From Nitrospirota bacterium (GTDB lineage: Bacteria; Nitrospirota; Thermodesulfovibrionia; Thermodesulfovibrionales; JdFR-86), in contig CAVRJY010000005.1 of the NCBI GenBank assembly GCA_963721805.1, forward strand, positions 19,318-83,317: DNA of 64,000 nt, in the 5' to 3' direction. The translations under genes and the position numbers were made by a program. This document shows positions 8,805 through 17,889 of the stretch, piece by piece. The notes under the pieces are model-generated. The model was given only the letters and a program-made list of their open reading frames with translations. It was not told the DNA's origin and did not search any database. Numbering within the stretch: position 1 is the stretch's first letter; the number at the start of each line of letters is the position of its first letter.

Positions 8805-10196
8805 ATGAGATACATTAGGCGATTGTTGATGATTGTTTTATCGCTTGCGCTGTTTGTGGGCTGCGGGCTTGGGCAGATAAAACCGCCCGAGGCCCGTGTC
8901 ACGCCCGCGCAGGAGCCTCCGGCCGCGGACTCCTATCTCTTGATGCCAGTAACCGTCTCGCTCGACAAGGTCGTCGCGGAGCTCGACGGCGCGATCCCCC
9001 AAAGCGATGACCGTGACCGCGGGAACAAGGACTGGAAGGTAATCGGCCGCGTGGGCGGGGAGATCGGACTGCGCTATTACTGGGAGCGGGGCCCCGTCTC
9101 GCTGAGCGTGAGCGGGCGGCGCTTGAGGGCCGAGACCGCGCTCAGATACCGCGCAAGGGTCGGGCTGCGTGCGGGCAAGGGCTGGAAGGAGACGTTTTGC
9201 TGCGGCTGCGGCGACCTGAGCACCGCGCGGATAGGGCTTTCGACCCCAATTTCCATAAACCCTGACTGGAGCATCCACACTAAGATCGCGGCCACGCTTG
9301 GTGACACGGGACACCGCTGCAAGGTGAAGGTGCTTAATTTCGACGCGACTGAACTCGTGACCTCCAAGCTCCAAGACCTGATGAACTCCAAGGCCTCTGT
9401 GGTGGATCGGCTCATACGGGAAAAGGTGGACATCAAGCCCAAGGTGCAGGAGGCATGGCGGATACTGCAGCAGCCGATCCCGGCCGGCGATAACGCAAAC
9501 CTGCTCATAAATCCCACGGGCCTGATGGTCTCGCCGTTAAGCGGGGACGGGAATTCCGTGAGCTTCTCGGTTGGAGTGGTGGCGCAGCCAAGGCTGGTCG
9601 CCGGGGTGCTGCCACCCGTGAGCTCAATCCCTCTGCCGAACCCTGAACCCAACGGCTCCCGGCAACGAGTTTCATGTCGCGCTCGAGGGGGAGGTGACAT
9701 ATGATTATGCCACCCAAAAGCTCGCGGACGCGGTCGTCGGGCATGAGTTCCCGATAGGGGACAAAAAGATCACGATAGCGGGCGCGAGGGTGTACGGCTC
9801 GGGGCAGTCCGTGGTGGTCGAGGCCGCGATCAAGGGCTCGTACGAGGGCACGGTCTACCTGTATGGAAGGCCCGCTTACGACGCCGCCAGCGCGCACCGT
9901 CTATATTCAGGACCTCGACTATACGATAGAGACAGACGAGCTTCCTCGGGAGGGTCGCGGACTGGCTCAGGCACTCGACCCTCCGGCAGGACATCGCGGC
10001 AAAGGCCAGGTGGTACGTCGGCGACAAGCTCGACGATGCCGATGCAAAGATAAACCGCGCCATCAATCGCGAGATCAGCCCCGGCGTATCCTTAAGCGGC
10101 AGCGTCGAGTTGCAGCCCGACCGGGTGATCCTGACCGAGACATCCATTAAGGCCATCGTCGTCGCGAGCGGGACGGTGGCGCTTAGCGTAAGGTAG
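8805..10196 (+). pseudogene. DUF4403-like lipoprotein, three successive +1 frame changes
   Basis: Lipobox-like LFVGCG at the N-terminus. The sensible protein path goes frame of 8805, then frame of 9694 (near 9650), then frame of 9863 (near 9890), then back to the first frame (near 9945), ending at TAG 10194-10196. Confidence 0.6.
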
Positions 10197-10228
10197 GCAG
10201 AAGCGAAAATCATGTTTTGTTATAATAG

Positions 10229-10405
10229 ATGATGAACGAGATAATCTTCGTAGTCGAGCCGGACTTGGAAGGCGGGTATAACGCCCATGCGCTGGGGCAC
10301 AGCATACACACGCATGCCGATGACATGGACGGCCTCAAGCAAAACATCCGAGACGCCATCACCTGCCACTTCGAGGACACGAGTTGGAATCCGGTGCTAC
10401 GATAG
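10229..10405 (+). CDS. HicB-like / UPF0150-fold antitoxin fragment (58 aa)
   Basis: MMNEIIFVVEPDLEGGYNAHALGHSIHTHADDMDGLKQNIRDAITCHFE resembles HicB-type N-domains. It appears to end early and has no partner toxin beside it. Confidence 0.45.
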   Translation: MMNEIIFVVEPDLEGGYNAHALGHSIHTHADDMDGLKQNIRDAITCHFEDTSWNPVLR

Positions 10406-10481
10406 CGCTCTACCTCCGCATGCGTGGCATAGAGGCAAGAGACCACATCGACCCGCTAGGTTGTATTGCCATATAAAGATA

Positions 10482-10510
10482 TTGACTATTAATAGCTATC
10501 AGCCTAATAT
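10482..10510 (+). promoter_or_regulatory. Sigma70-like promoter for the 10580 gene
   Basis: TTGACT (10482-10487), 17-nt spacer, TAATAT (10505-10510). Confidence 0.55.
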
Positions 10511-10579
10511 AATGTCAAAGCAAGTCCTTTGGACTTCAACAGCATTCTTGATTTCTTACAACAAAGGGGCAAATATAAA

Positions 10580-11128
10580 ATGTCAACATCACGACGGAGT
10601 GTAGAAAAACATTTTTTAGAAGCTCCAAAGGAGATTCAAGGCTGCTTTGAACATTTGCCTAAACTGCTAAAAGAGTTCCCCTTAGATGTGAGCCTCGGGT
10701 ATTTATTTTCTAGAGTTGAGTACATTCATAATATGGCACTATATTGCGGAGCTACAAAATTGCGCAGGACAGACTCGGAGCTTACATGGAAAGCTATTGA
10801 ATCGCATCAATTAACACGCGATGGGTTTCGTGAGTTTTTTACAAATATTTACGAAAATAGCATTCCTGACAATATCATACAGAAGATCAAACTAGCGGAA
10901 AAAGTCCGCGATAAAGCCTTGCATGGCAAGACACCGCCAGACAAAGATATTAGACCGGCACTTGTTGCGATAATTGACTATGCTAATTCTTTTAATGATT
11001 TTGTATATGGCATTGCTGGGCTCAGGCCTTTTACGAATAACCTTACTGGCTATAAAGGTCGCGGGGAGTCCTTAGACAAGCGCACAACGCGGTTGATGTT
11101 GCAAGGATTAGGTTTTAAACTTTCATAA
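10580..11128 (+). CDS. AT-rich hypothetical protein with an Rx4H (RDKALH) motif
   Basis: ORF with AAGGGG RBS upstream of ATG 10580. Composition is far below the backbone GC. No family recognised. Confidence 0.5.
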   Translation: MSTSRRSVEKHFLEAPKEIQGCFEHLPKLLKEFPLDVSLGYLFSRVEYIHNMALYCGATKLRRTDSELTWKAIESHQLTRDGFREFFTNIYENSIPDNIIQKIKLAEKVRDKALHGKTPPDKDIRPALVAIIDYANSFNDFVYGIAGLRPFTNNLTGYKGRGESLDKRTTRLMLQGLGFKLS

Positions 11129-11134
11129 TTCCCT

Positions 11135-11377
11135 TTAGGCTGCTACGAGTTCTTCGTTTTGGATGGTAACCTTCGGATTAGGGTTTGACGGAGGCACGGG
11201 AAGCCCCTGTTCGTGGAGTAGGCTAACATGTTCGGCCATGCCCCATTTGGCCTTATAAAGGCAGTCCTCGACGGAATGCCCTATGCCGCTGAACCCTTCG
11301 AGGTCAGGCGAGTAGAAACCGAAATAATCGGGCTCCTTTGTGGCTTCGATAATCAACGAATACGGTATATCAATCAT
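11135..11377 (-). CDS. hicB: HicB family antitoxin
   Basis: 80-aa ORF, YSLIIEATKEPDYFGFYSPDLEGFSGIGHSVEDCLYKAKWGMAEHV. Lies directly downstream of the hicA remnant. Confidence 0.75.
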   Translation of the reverse strand: MIDIPYSLIIEATKEPDYFGFYSPDLEGFSGIGHSVEDCLYKAKWGMAEHVSLLHEQGLPVPPSNPNPKVTIQNEELVAA

Positions 11378-11386
11378 GGCGTCCTC

Positions 11387-11575
11387 CTATTTCCTCAACC
11401 CTGCGGCCTTGAGGATCGCGTTGCATGTCCCGGTGGGGATTTCCTTCGAGCCATGGAAATCGACTCTGATGAGCTTGTCCCAGCCCGGTCGGCTATAGTA
11501 TCGAATCGAGCCCTTTTCCTTTATCTGCCTGAATCCGGCTTCTTAAAGCATGCGGATCAGCTCGGAAAATTTCAT
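11387..11575 (-). pseudogene. hicA: HicA toxin with in-frame TAA at codon 11
   Basis: Minus-strand translation MKFSELIRML*EAGFRQIKEKGSIRYYSRPGWDKLIRVDFHGSKEIPTGTCNAILKAAGL. The stop is TTA at 11543-11545 on the plus strand. Confidence 0.7.
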
Positions 11576-11622
11576 GCCTTATTATAGCACTCCCGGCTTC
11601 AAGTAAATCCCGGACGCACTAT

Positions 11623-11842
11623 CTCTAATAAAAGCCGTTGACCACGGGGGTGCGGGGGGCGTCCGTTATCCTCTCCCCCCGAAAGCGCGCCCAAATCGGC
11701 TTCAGACAAGGGGACCGGTTGGCCCCTTTTCTTTAGGAAGAGGGGTCCGTGACCTCCGCCCGATGGTGTACTGTGACGTACTTAGAGGGCGAGTCTTTGA
11801 AGACCAACGACGTATCAAGCGATTTGGAGCGCTTTCACTTCC
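11623..11842 (+). repeat. SRE copy R4 (solo; head variant b; body with embedded terminator-like hairpin)
   Basis: CTCTAATAAAA plus GCCGTTGACC at 11634-11643. Hairpin GGGGACCGGTTGGCCCC plus T-run at 11710-11734. Tail ends 35 nt before dnaE. Confidence 0.85.
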
Positions 11843-11877
11843 GCATTGACTCCCCCCCGACATAACCGATAAAATTG

Positions 11878-14800
11878 ATGATGCAACACTCCGATTTCGT
11901 TCCTCTGCATGTCCATACCGAGTATAGCCTCCTAGACGGGGCCATAAAGCTCTCCGAGCTCGTCAAGACCGCATCGGAGTACCGGATGCCGGCGGTCGCG
12001 ATGACAGACCACGGCAACATCTTCGGCGCCGTAGAGTTCTATAAATCCGCGACCAAGGCCGGGGTCAACCCGATCATCGGCTGCGAGGTATACGTCACGC
12101 CCGGCAGCCGCCACGACCGCGGCGCGCAAGAGGGCTCGGCCCGCCACCACCTCGTCCTGCTCGCGCGCGACAATGTCGGCTATTCCAACCTCGTAAAGCT
12201 CGTATCGAAGGCCCACATAGAGGGCTTCTACCACAAGCCGAGAGTCGACCACGAGCTGCTGGAGCTGCACCACGAGGGGCTGATCGCGCTCTCGGCGTGC
12301 CTCAAGGGCGAGGTCCCCTCTGCGTTCATGCACGGAGACGACGCGAAGGCCCGCACGCTCGCGAAGTGGTATCTGGATTTGTTCGGCAAGGACAACTACT
12401 GGATAGAGCTTCAGGACAACGGCTTGAAGGAGCAAAACGAGGTCAACCCCAAGCTCGTGGCGCTCGCGAAGTCGCTGGGGATCGGGCTGGTCGCGACGAA
12501 CGACAGCCACTACATGAAGCGCGAGGACGCGCGCGCGCACGAGATACTGCTGTGCATCCAGACCGGCAAGACCATGGGCGACCCGACCCACATGCGGTTC
12601 GGCACGGACCAGGTATATTTCAAGTCCCCCGACGAGATGCACGCGGCGTACCACCACCTGCCCGAGGCCGTGACCAACACGCGCGCGATAGCGGAGCGCT
12701 GCCATGTCGAGTTCGAACTCGGCGTGCCGCGCCTGCCGAAGTTCGCGCCCCCGGAGCCGTACAGCCCGTCTGAGTACCTTGAGAAGATCGCGCGCGAGGG
12801 GCTCTCGAATATGTTCGCCCCGGCCGAGCCGCCCGCGAATTATATAGAACGCCTCGACTACGAGCTTGCGATGTTTAAAAAGATGAAGTTCGCCTCGTAC
12901 TTCCTCATCGTCTGGGACTTCATCCGCCACGCGAGGGAGGAGGGCATCCCCGTCGGGCCGGGGCGAGGCTCCGCGGCCGGAAGCCTGGTAGCGAACTCCA
13001 TCGGGATCACGGACATCGACCCGCTAAAGTACGGCCTGCTGTTTGAGAGGTTCCTGAACCCCGACCGCATAAGCATGCCGGACATAGACGTCGACTTCTG
13101 CAAGGACCGCCGGGGCGAGGTCATCAAGTACGTCGGCGAGAAATACGGGCAGGACCACGTCTGCCAGATCATCACGTTCGGGACGATGGCCGCGCGCGCC
13201 GCGATACGCGACGTGGCGCGGGCGATGGACTTCCCTTATGCCGACGCCGACCGCATAGCGAAGCTCATCCCCGAAGAGCTCAAGATGACCATCGAGAAGG
13301 CCATCGGGGCCGAGCCCCAGCTCCGCAAGGAATACGAGGGCAACGACGCGGTGCGCGACCTCATTGACGTGGCAAAACGGCTTGAGGGCCTCTCGCGCCA
13401 TGCCTCCACCCACGCGGCCGGGGTAGTGATCTCGCGAGAGCCCCTGATGGACATCGCCCCGCTGTACGTCAACCAGTCGGACAAGAGCATCGTCACGCAG
13501 TTTGACATGAAATCGGTCGAGGCGATGGGGCTCATCAAGTTCGACTTCCTCGGCCTGAAGACCCTGACGATCATCGACAACACGCTTAAGCTCCTTCATA
13601 CCGACGGGATCGAGTTAGACATGAAAAAGATCCCGCTGGACGACAAGAAGACCTACGACATGCTGAGCGCGGGCCACTCGACCGGCGTGTTTCAGCTTGA
13701 ATCAAGCGGGATGAAGGACATACTTTTGAAGATGGCCCCGGACCGCTTCGAGGACCTCATAGCGATAAACGCGCTCTACCGCCCAGGGCCTATAGGCAGC
13801 GGGATGGTCGACGACTTCATAAAGCGCAAAAAGGGCCTCACGGCGGTGCGCTACGACGTGCCGCAGACCAGGGAGGTCCTGGACGAGACGTACGGCATCA
13901 TCCTCTATCAGGAGCAGGTCATGCAGATCGCCAACAGGATCGGCGACTTCACGATGGGACAGGCCGACGAGCTTAGAAAGGCGATGGGCAAGAAGCTCGC
14001 GGACAAGATCGAGGAGAAGCGCGCTACGTTCGTAGAGGCCGCTGTCGGCCACGGGGTCAAGGAGGCCAAGGCAGTAAAACTCTATGGCCTGATGGCGAAA
14101 TTCGCGGAGTATGGCTTCAACAAGTCGCACGCGGCCGCGTACGCGCTCGTGATCTACCAGACCGCGTACCTCAAGGCCAACTACCCCGTGCACTTCATGG
14201 CCGCCTCGCTCTCGGCGGATTTGGACAACACGGAGAAGCTCGTAAAGTCGATAAAGGAATGCCGCAAGATGGGCATCAGCATCCTGCCGCCGGACATCAA
14301 CCTCTGCGGCGCGGAGTTCCGCGTGAGCGGGCAGAGCATCCGCTTCGGCCTGGGCGCGGTCAAAGGCGTCGGGGTCGCCGCGCTGGAGTCCATCATCGAG
14401 ACCCGGCGCGGAAGCGGGCATTTCAAGTCCACGGAGGACTTCCTCAGGCGCATAGATTCGCGCCGCGTGAACAAGAAGGTCATCGAGGCCCTGATAAAGG
14501 CCGGCGCGATGGATGGCTTCTGCGAAGCCGCGGCTGGCACGCTCGGCGTGGCCGCGTGCAGGCACAAGGCCTTAAAGACCGCGGCCGAGGCCGGTGGCGG
14601 CGCGATACCCTCGATGGACCTCTTCGGCGGAACCCCTGAGGAGCAGGCAGCCGAGGACACGTGGGACGAGGCCGAACTGCTCAGAAACGAGAAGGAGGCG
14701 CTGGGATTCTATATAACCGGCAGCCCGCTCGATAAGTACAGAAAAGTCCTGACCGCGATGGGCATACCGGACATCACGGAGCTCGAAGAGAGCGCCGACC

Positions 14801-15294
14801 GCTCTACGGTCGAGACCGCGGGGATCGTGACCGCGATCCGCCGCCTGCGCACTAAGAAGGACAAGGAGCGCATCATGGCCGCCCTCACGCTCGACGACGG
14901 CGAGGGCAGCATCGAGGTGATGGTGTGGCCGGACCTCTACGACGCCCAGCACGGCGGGATCAAGAAGGACGCGGCGTACCTCGTCAAGGGGACGTTCGAA
15001 AAGAGCGACCGGGGCTCGAAGATACTGGCCGATTCTTTGCGCGAGCTTGAAGGGATACTGCACAGCAAGGGCAACGGCCGCAAAGTGATCGTGAATGTCC
15101 AGAGCGGCAGCGCGGACATGCGCGCCCTGCGCGAGCTGCTGCCTTCGGCGCAAAACGGGATGCCTCTTTATATACGGGTGCGCATGGCCGACGCGGAGGT
15201 CTTGATACAGACCAGCCTTGAGGTCATGCCGGATGAGCCGCTGATCGCGCGCGTCGAGACCGCGCTGGGGGCCGGGGCGCTGGAGATTTTGTAA
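11878..15294 (+). CDS. dnaE: DNA polymerase III alpha subunit
   Basis: About 1138-aa ORF with PHP domain start FVPLHVHTEYSLLDG and a typical polymerase core. TTG 11875, ATG 11878 and ATG 11881 are all possible starts. Confidence 0.95.
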   Translation: MMQHSDFVPLHVHTEYSLLDGAIKLSELVKTASEYRMPAVAMTDHGNIFGAVEFYKSATKAGVNPIIGCEVYVTPGSRHDRGAQEGSARHHLVLLARDNVGYSNLVKLVSKAHIEGFYHKPRVDHELLELHHEGLIALSACLKGEVPSAFMHGDDAKARTLAKWYLDLFGKDNYWIELQDNGLKEQNEVNPKLVALAKSLGIGLVATNDSHYMKREDARAHEILLCIQTGKTMGDPTHMRFGTDQVYFKSPDEMHAAYHHLPEAVTNTRAIAERCHVEFELGVPRLPKFAPPEPYSPSEYLEKIAREGLSNMFAPAEPPANYIERLDYELAMFKKMKFASYFLIVWDFIRHAREEGIPVGPGRGSAAGSLVANSIGITDIDPLKYGLLFERFLNPDRISMPDIDVDFCKDRRGEVIKYVGEKYGQDHVCQIITFGTMAARAAIRDVARAMDFPYADADRIAKLIPEELKMTIEKAIGAEPQLRKEYEGNDAVRDLIDVAKRLEGLSRHASTHAAGVVISREPLMDIAPLYVNQSDKSIVTQFDMKSVEAMGLIKFDFLGLKTLTIIDNTLKLLHTDGIELDMKKIPLDDKKTYDMLSAGHSTGVFQLESSGMKDILLKMAPDRFEDLIAINALYRPGPIGSGMVDDFIKRKKGLTAVRYDVPQTREVLDETYGIILYQEQVMQIANRIGDFTMGQADELRKAMGKKLADKIEEKRATFVEAAVGHGVKEAKAVKLYGLMAKFAEYGFNKSHAAAYALVIYQTAYLKANYPVHFMAASLSADLDNTEKLVKSIKECRKMGISILPPDINLCGAEFRVSGQSIRFGLGAVKGVGVAALESIIETRRGSGHFKSTEDFLRRIDSRRVNKKVIEALIKAGAMDGFCEAAAGTLGVAACRHKALKTAAEAGGGAIPSMDLFGGTPEEQAAEDTWDEAELLRNEKEALGFYITGSPLDKYRKVLTAMGIPDITELEESADRSTVETAGIVTAIRRLRTKKDKERIMAALTLDDGEGSIEVMVWPDLYDAQHGGIKKDAAYLVKGTFEKSDRGSKILADSLRELEGILHSKGNGRKVIVNVQSGSADMRALRELLPSAQNGMPLYIRVRMADAEVLIQTSLEVMPDEPLIARVETALGAGALEIL

Positions 15295-15392
15295 GCTCGG
15301 TGAAAACGCGCTTTCCAAGATGGGCGAAAGCCGCTGGCCGCTGCCGCGGTCCGATTGACAGTTGAAGCATTAGGGCCTAAGCTTATGGTGTC

Positions 15393-15539
15393 ATGGACAA
15401 CGAAAATAACGAGCCCGCCCAGGTCATCTGCGGCAACTGCCTTGAGGAGGTCCCGCATGAGCTTTTCTGTGAAAACTGCGGGGTTATACTGAAGCCTTAC
15501 AGCAAACAATCATCTTCAAATCCCAGGGTATCTAGCTGA
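15393..15539 (+). CDS. Possible small zinc-ribbon protein (48 aa)
   Basis: CGNC...CENC pair of CxxC motifs, followed by a terminator hairpin. Short and unsupported otherwise. Confidence 0.35.
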   Translation: MDNENNEPAQVICGNCLEEVPHELFCENCGVILKPYSKQSSSNPRVSS

Positions 15540-15565
15540 CCCGTTAACCGCGATTGGAACCTACA

Positions 15566-15595
15566 GGGGGACCCTCAGGCCCCCCTTCCTTTTTA
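15566..15595 (+). terminator. Rho-independent terminator after dnaE / small ORF
   Basis: GGGGGACCCTCAGGCCCCCC followed by TTCCTTTTT. Confidence 0.7.
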
Positions 15596-15618
15596 GGAAT
15601 CTTACACCGCTCCCGCTA

Positions 15619-15813
15619 CCTTCTTGAAAGCGATCCAAAGTTCCGGGATACTGCGTCACGTCTCGGAAATCCGTCCTCGATGTACGTCTCAGTACACCGT
15701 CGGACGTTTTCCTCGCCGTTTCCTTGTCTGCCGAAATTTGGCCCGCTTTATGGGGTTAAACGCGGCCCAGCCGCTGGACCCCATACCCCGTGGTCAACGG
15801 CGTTAAATTAGGG
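15619..15813 (-). repeat. SRE copy R5 (head variant a, body type 2, unique covarying P2)
   Basis: Tail CCTTCTTGAAAGCG at 15619. Head GGTCAACGGCG at 15792-15802 plus AT box. Confidence 0.85.
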
Positions 15814-15983
15814 ACACCCATACTGCTACCGGCTACTTTGACATAGTATGTCTCAGTGTGATAAATAATAAGTGGAGGTGCAGATATGACATAGGATAAA
15901 ATGGCTATATTTTTTGAAATGGTTTCACCAAGTATAAGACGCCCTTTGGGCCGAAAATGATTGCGTTGTAAAAGGAAAAGAAA

Positions 15984-16166
15984 ATGGAAATTCAGCCGTC
16001 AAAGAAGAGCCAAGCGCTCCCACGTTGTCAGACCAAGATAAGCGGGTCAGGGTATAACTGCACTACCAATGATCCTGGGGTTCAGCAATACATAGGCAAG
16101 GGCATCTTAATTCTATTGATCTGTGTTGGAGTTGCCGTTATATTAAAGGCGATGCCCCGCAACTGA
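15984..16166 (+). CDS. Possible small C-terminally membrane-anchored protein (60 aa)
   Basis: AT-rich ORF with hydrophobic tail GILILLICVGVAVIL. A strong hairpin follows. Confidence 0.3.
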   Translation: MEIQPSKKSQALPRCQTKISGSGYNCTTNDPGVQQYIGKGILILLICVGVAVILKAMPRN

Positions 16167-16194
16167 TCGTTCTGTGCATAAGTAAATAGAGGCT

Positions 16195-16243
16195 ATAGAC
16201 ACCACGGCCCCTCGTTCGAGGGGCCGTGGTGTCTATATGTTTA
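16195..16243 (+). terminator. Very long perfect hairpin (19-bp stem)
   Basis: ATAGACACCACGGCCCCTC ... GAGGGGCCGTGGTGTCTAT. Weak T-run. Confidence 0.55.
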
Positions 16244-16310
16244 ACATGGGATCGATGATCTTGCAATCGTGAATAAAATTAATCGCTAATCAAGAACCTT
16301 CATTGGCGCG

Positions 16311-16511
16311 GGGGCAGCGGGAGCAAACCAGCCACTATTATAATGCCGTTGACCGCTCGCACGATTATGCAGGGGAAGGTTAAAGTGCGAGAAATCGTGT
16401 CAGACAAGGAACGGCGAGGAAAACCGTCCGCAGTCGTACTGGGATGTACTTCGAGGACGGATTTCCGAAGCCGTGACGACGTATCACGCGCATTTCGCGC
16501 GCTTTGAGAAC
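16311..16511 (+). repeat. SRE copy R6 (head type 2, body type 2; core from 16336)
   Basis: GGGGCAGCGGG extension, TATAAT at 16339-16344, GCCGTTGACC at 16345-16354. Tail ends at the stop codon of the response regulator. Confidence 0.85.
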
Positions 16512-16910
16512 CTAGACTATCAGCCGCAGCTTTTTTATCTCTTGAAGCAATAAACCCTTGTCTATGGGCTTGACTATGTAGGAGAGCGCCTCACCTTTAT
16601 AGAACGCGACCGATACGTTCTTCGGGTCGTCGAGCGACGTGATCATGATGACCTTCATCGCCTCGTGCGCCCCGATGCCGCGCTCGCGCTCCATCGCGCG
16701 GACGTGTTCGAGGGCCTCCTGCCCGCTGAGGTGCGGCATGATGATGTCCATCAGTATCAGGTCGTAGGGCGCGCCCTCGTCAAGCGCGATGCGGCAGGCC
16801 TGCACCGCCTCCAGCCCGTTTACGGCGACCTCGATGCTGCCGTACTCGCTCAGGATCGAGGTCAGGATCTGCCTGTTGACGAAGTCGTCCTCAGCGATCA
16901 GTATCTTCAT
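16512..16910 (-). CDS. Single-domain response regulator (CheY-like receiver)
   Basis: MKILIAEDD...DLILMDIIMP...KP receiver signature. Start set at the second Met. Confidence 0.85.
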   Translation of the reverse strand: MKILIAEDDFVNRQILTSILSEYGSIEVAVNGLEAVQACRIALDEGAPYDLILMDIIMPHLSGQEALEHVRAMERERGIGAHEAMKVIMITSLDDPKNVSVAFYKGEALSYIVKPIDKGLLLQEIKKLRLIV

Positions 16911-17040
16911 CGCGGTATCTTTCACGTTGATATTTTACAATATTTCTGGCTATTGCGCTTGATATTTCTGGTAATATATAGCAATAAGGGCTCGGAGCGG
17001 CATTTGTTATCAGGGCCGGGCGCGGAGGGGACAAGGACTC

Positions 17041-17868
17041 ATGGCCGAGGCCAGGGAAGTCAGCGAGTACATCAGGGGCATCAGGGAGGGCTCGACCCTC
17101 CCGGAGATGCTCGGCAAGATCATCGCGCTCGTGCAGGACGAGAACTCCTCGAGCGCGGACCTGTGCCGCCTGATCTCGTTCGACCAGGGCCTGGCCGAGA
17201 GCATCCTGCGCGTCGCCAACTCCTCGATGTTCGGCCACTCGGGCCGTATACGCGACATAGACCAGGCCGTGATGTTCCTGGGCTACCGCCAGATAAAGGC
17301 CATCGCGCTTGGGATGAGCGTGATGAAGGTCTTCCCGCCCGGCGGCTCGTTCAGCCTGCGGGCGCTCTGGGCGCACGGCTACGAGGTGGCGTGCATCGCA
17401 AACGCGCTGGCCGAGGCCGTGCCTTCGGCCACTGCGAGGGAGTGTTTTCTGGCCGGGCTGCTGCACGACATAGGCCGCGTGATATTCTGCCGCCTGGACG
17501 CGGAGCGGTTCCTGAAGATCGGCACCGGCGACGACATGCTGCAGCGCGAGCGCGAGCTCTACGGCTGCACGCACGAGGACGCCGGGCGGTGGTTTTTGGA
17601 GGACACGAAGCTCCCCGATGACATCATCATGCCGGTGGCCTTCCACCACCAGCCGGACAAGGCCACGTCGTACGCCGACTCTGTCGCGATAGTGTCGTTC
17701 GCCGAGGCGCTCTCGCGCGTGCTCAACCCCGAGCGGGAGAACGACGGCATATGGCTTGCGGCCCATGACGAGATCAACCGTAGATTCGCGCTCTCTCAGG
17801 ACCAGATCATGCAGATCGGCACGAGGCTTGCGCTGATGAAACGGGATATAGGAGTGTTTTTCAGATAA
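17041..17868 (+). CDS. HDOD domain signalling protein
   Basis: 275-aa ORF with GLLHDIGRVIF and a typical HDOD layout. Confidence 0.8.
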   Translation: MAEAREVSEYIRGIREGSTLPEMLGKIIALVQDENSSSADLCRLISFDQGLAESILRVANSSMFGHSGRIRDIDQAVMFLGYRQIKAIALGMSVMKVFPPGGSFSLRALWAHGYEVACIANALAEAVPSATARECFLAGLLHDIGRVIFCRLDAERFLKIGTGDDMLQRERELYGCTHEDAGRWFLEDTKLPDDIIMPVAFHHQPDKATSYADSVAIVSFAEALSRVLNPERENDGIWLAAHDEINRRFALSQDQIMQIGTRLALMKRDIGVFFR

Positions 17869-17889
17869 CGGCGTCAATTTGGGAGGTGG

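Larger units (their letters stand above)
15619..16511. mobile_element. Inverted SRE pair R5...R6 enclosing a 0.5-kb AT-rich islet
   Basis: Heads face inward. Cargo 15814-16310 holds only a 60-aa ORF plus a 19-bp-stem hairpin. Confidence 0.5.
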
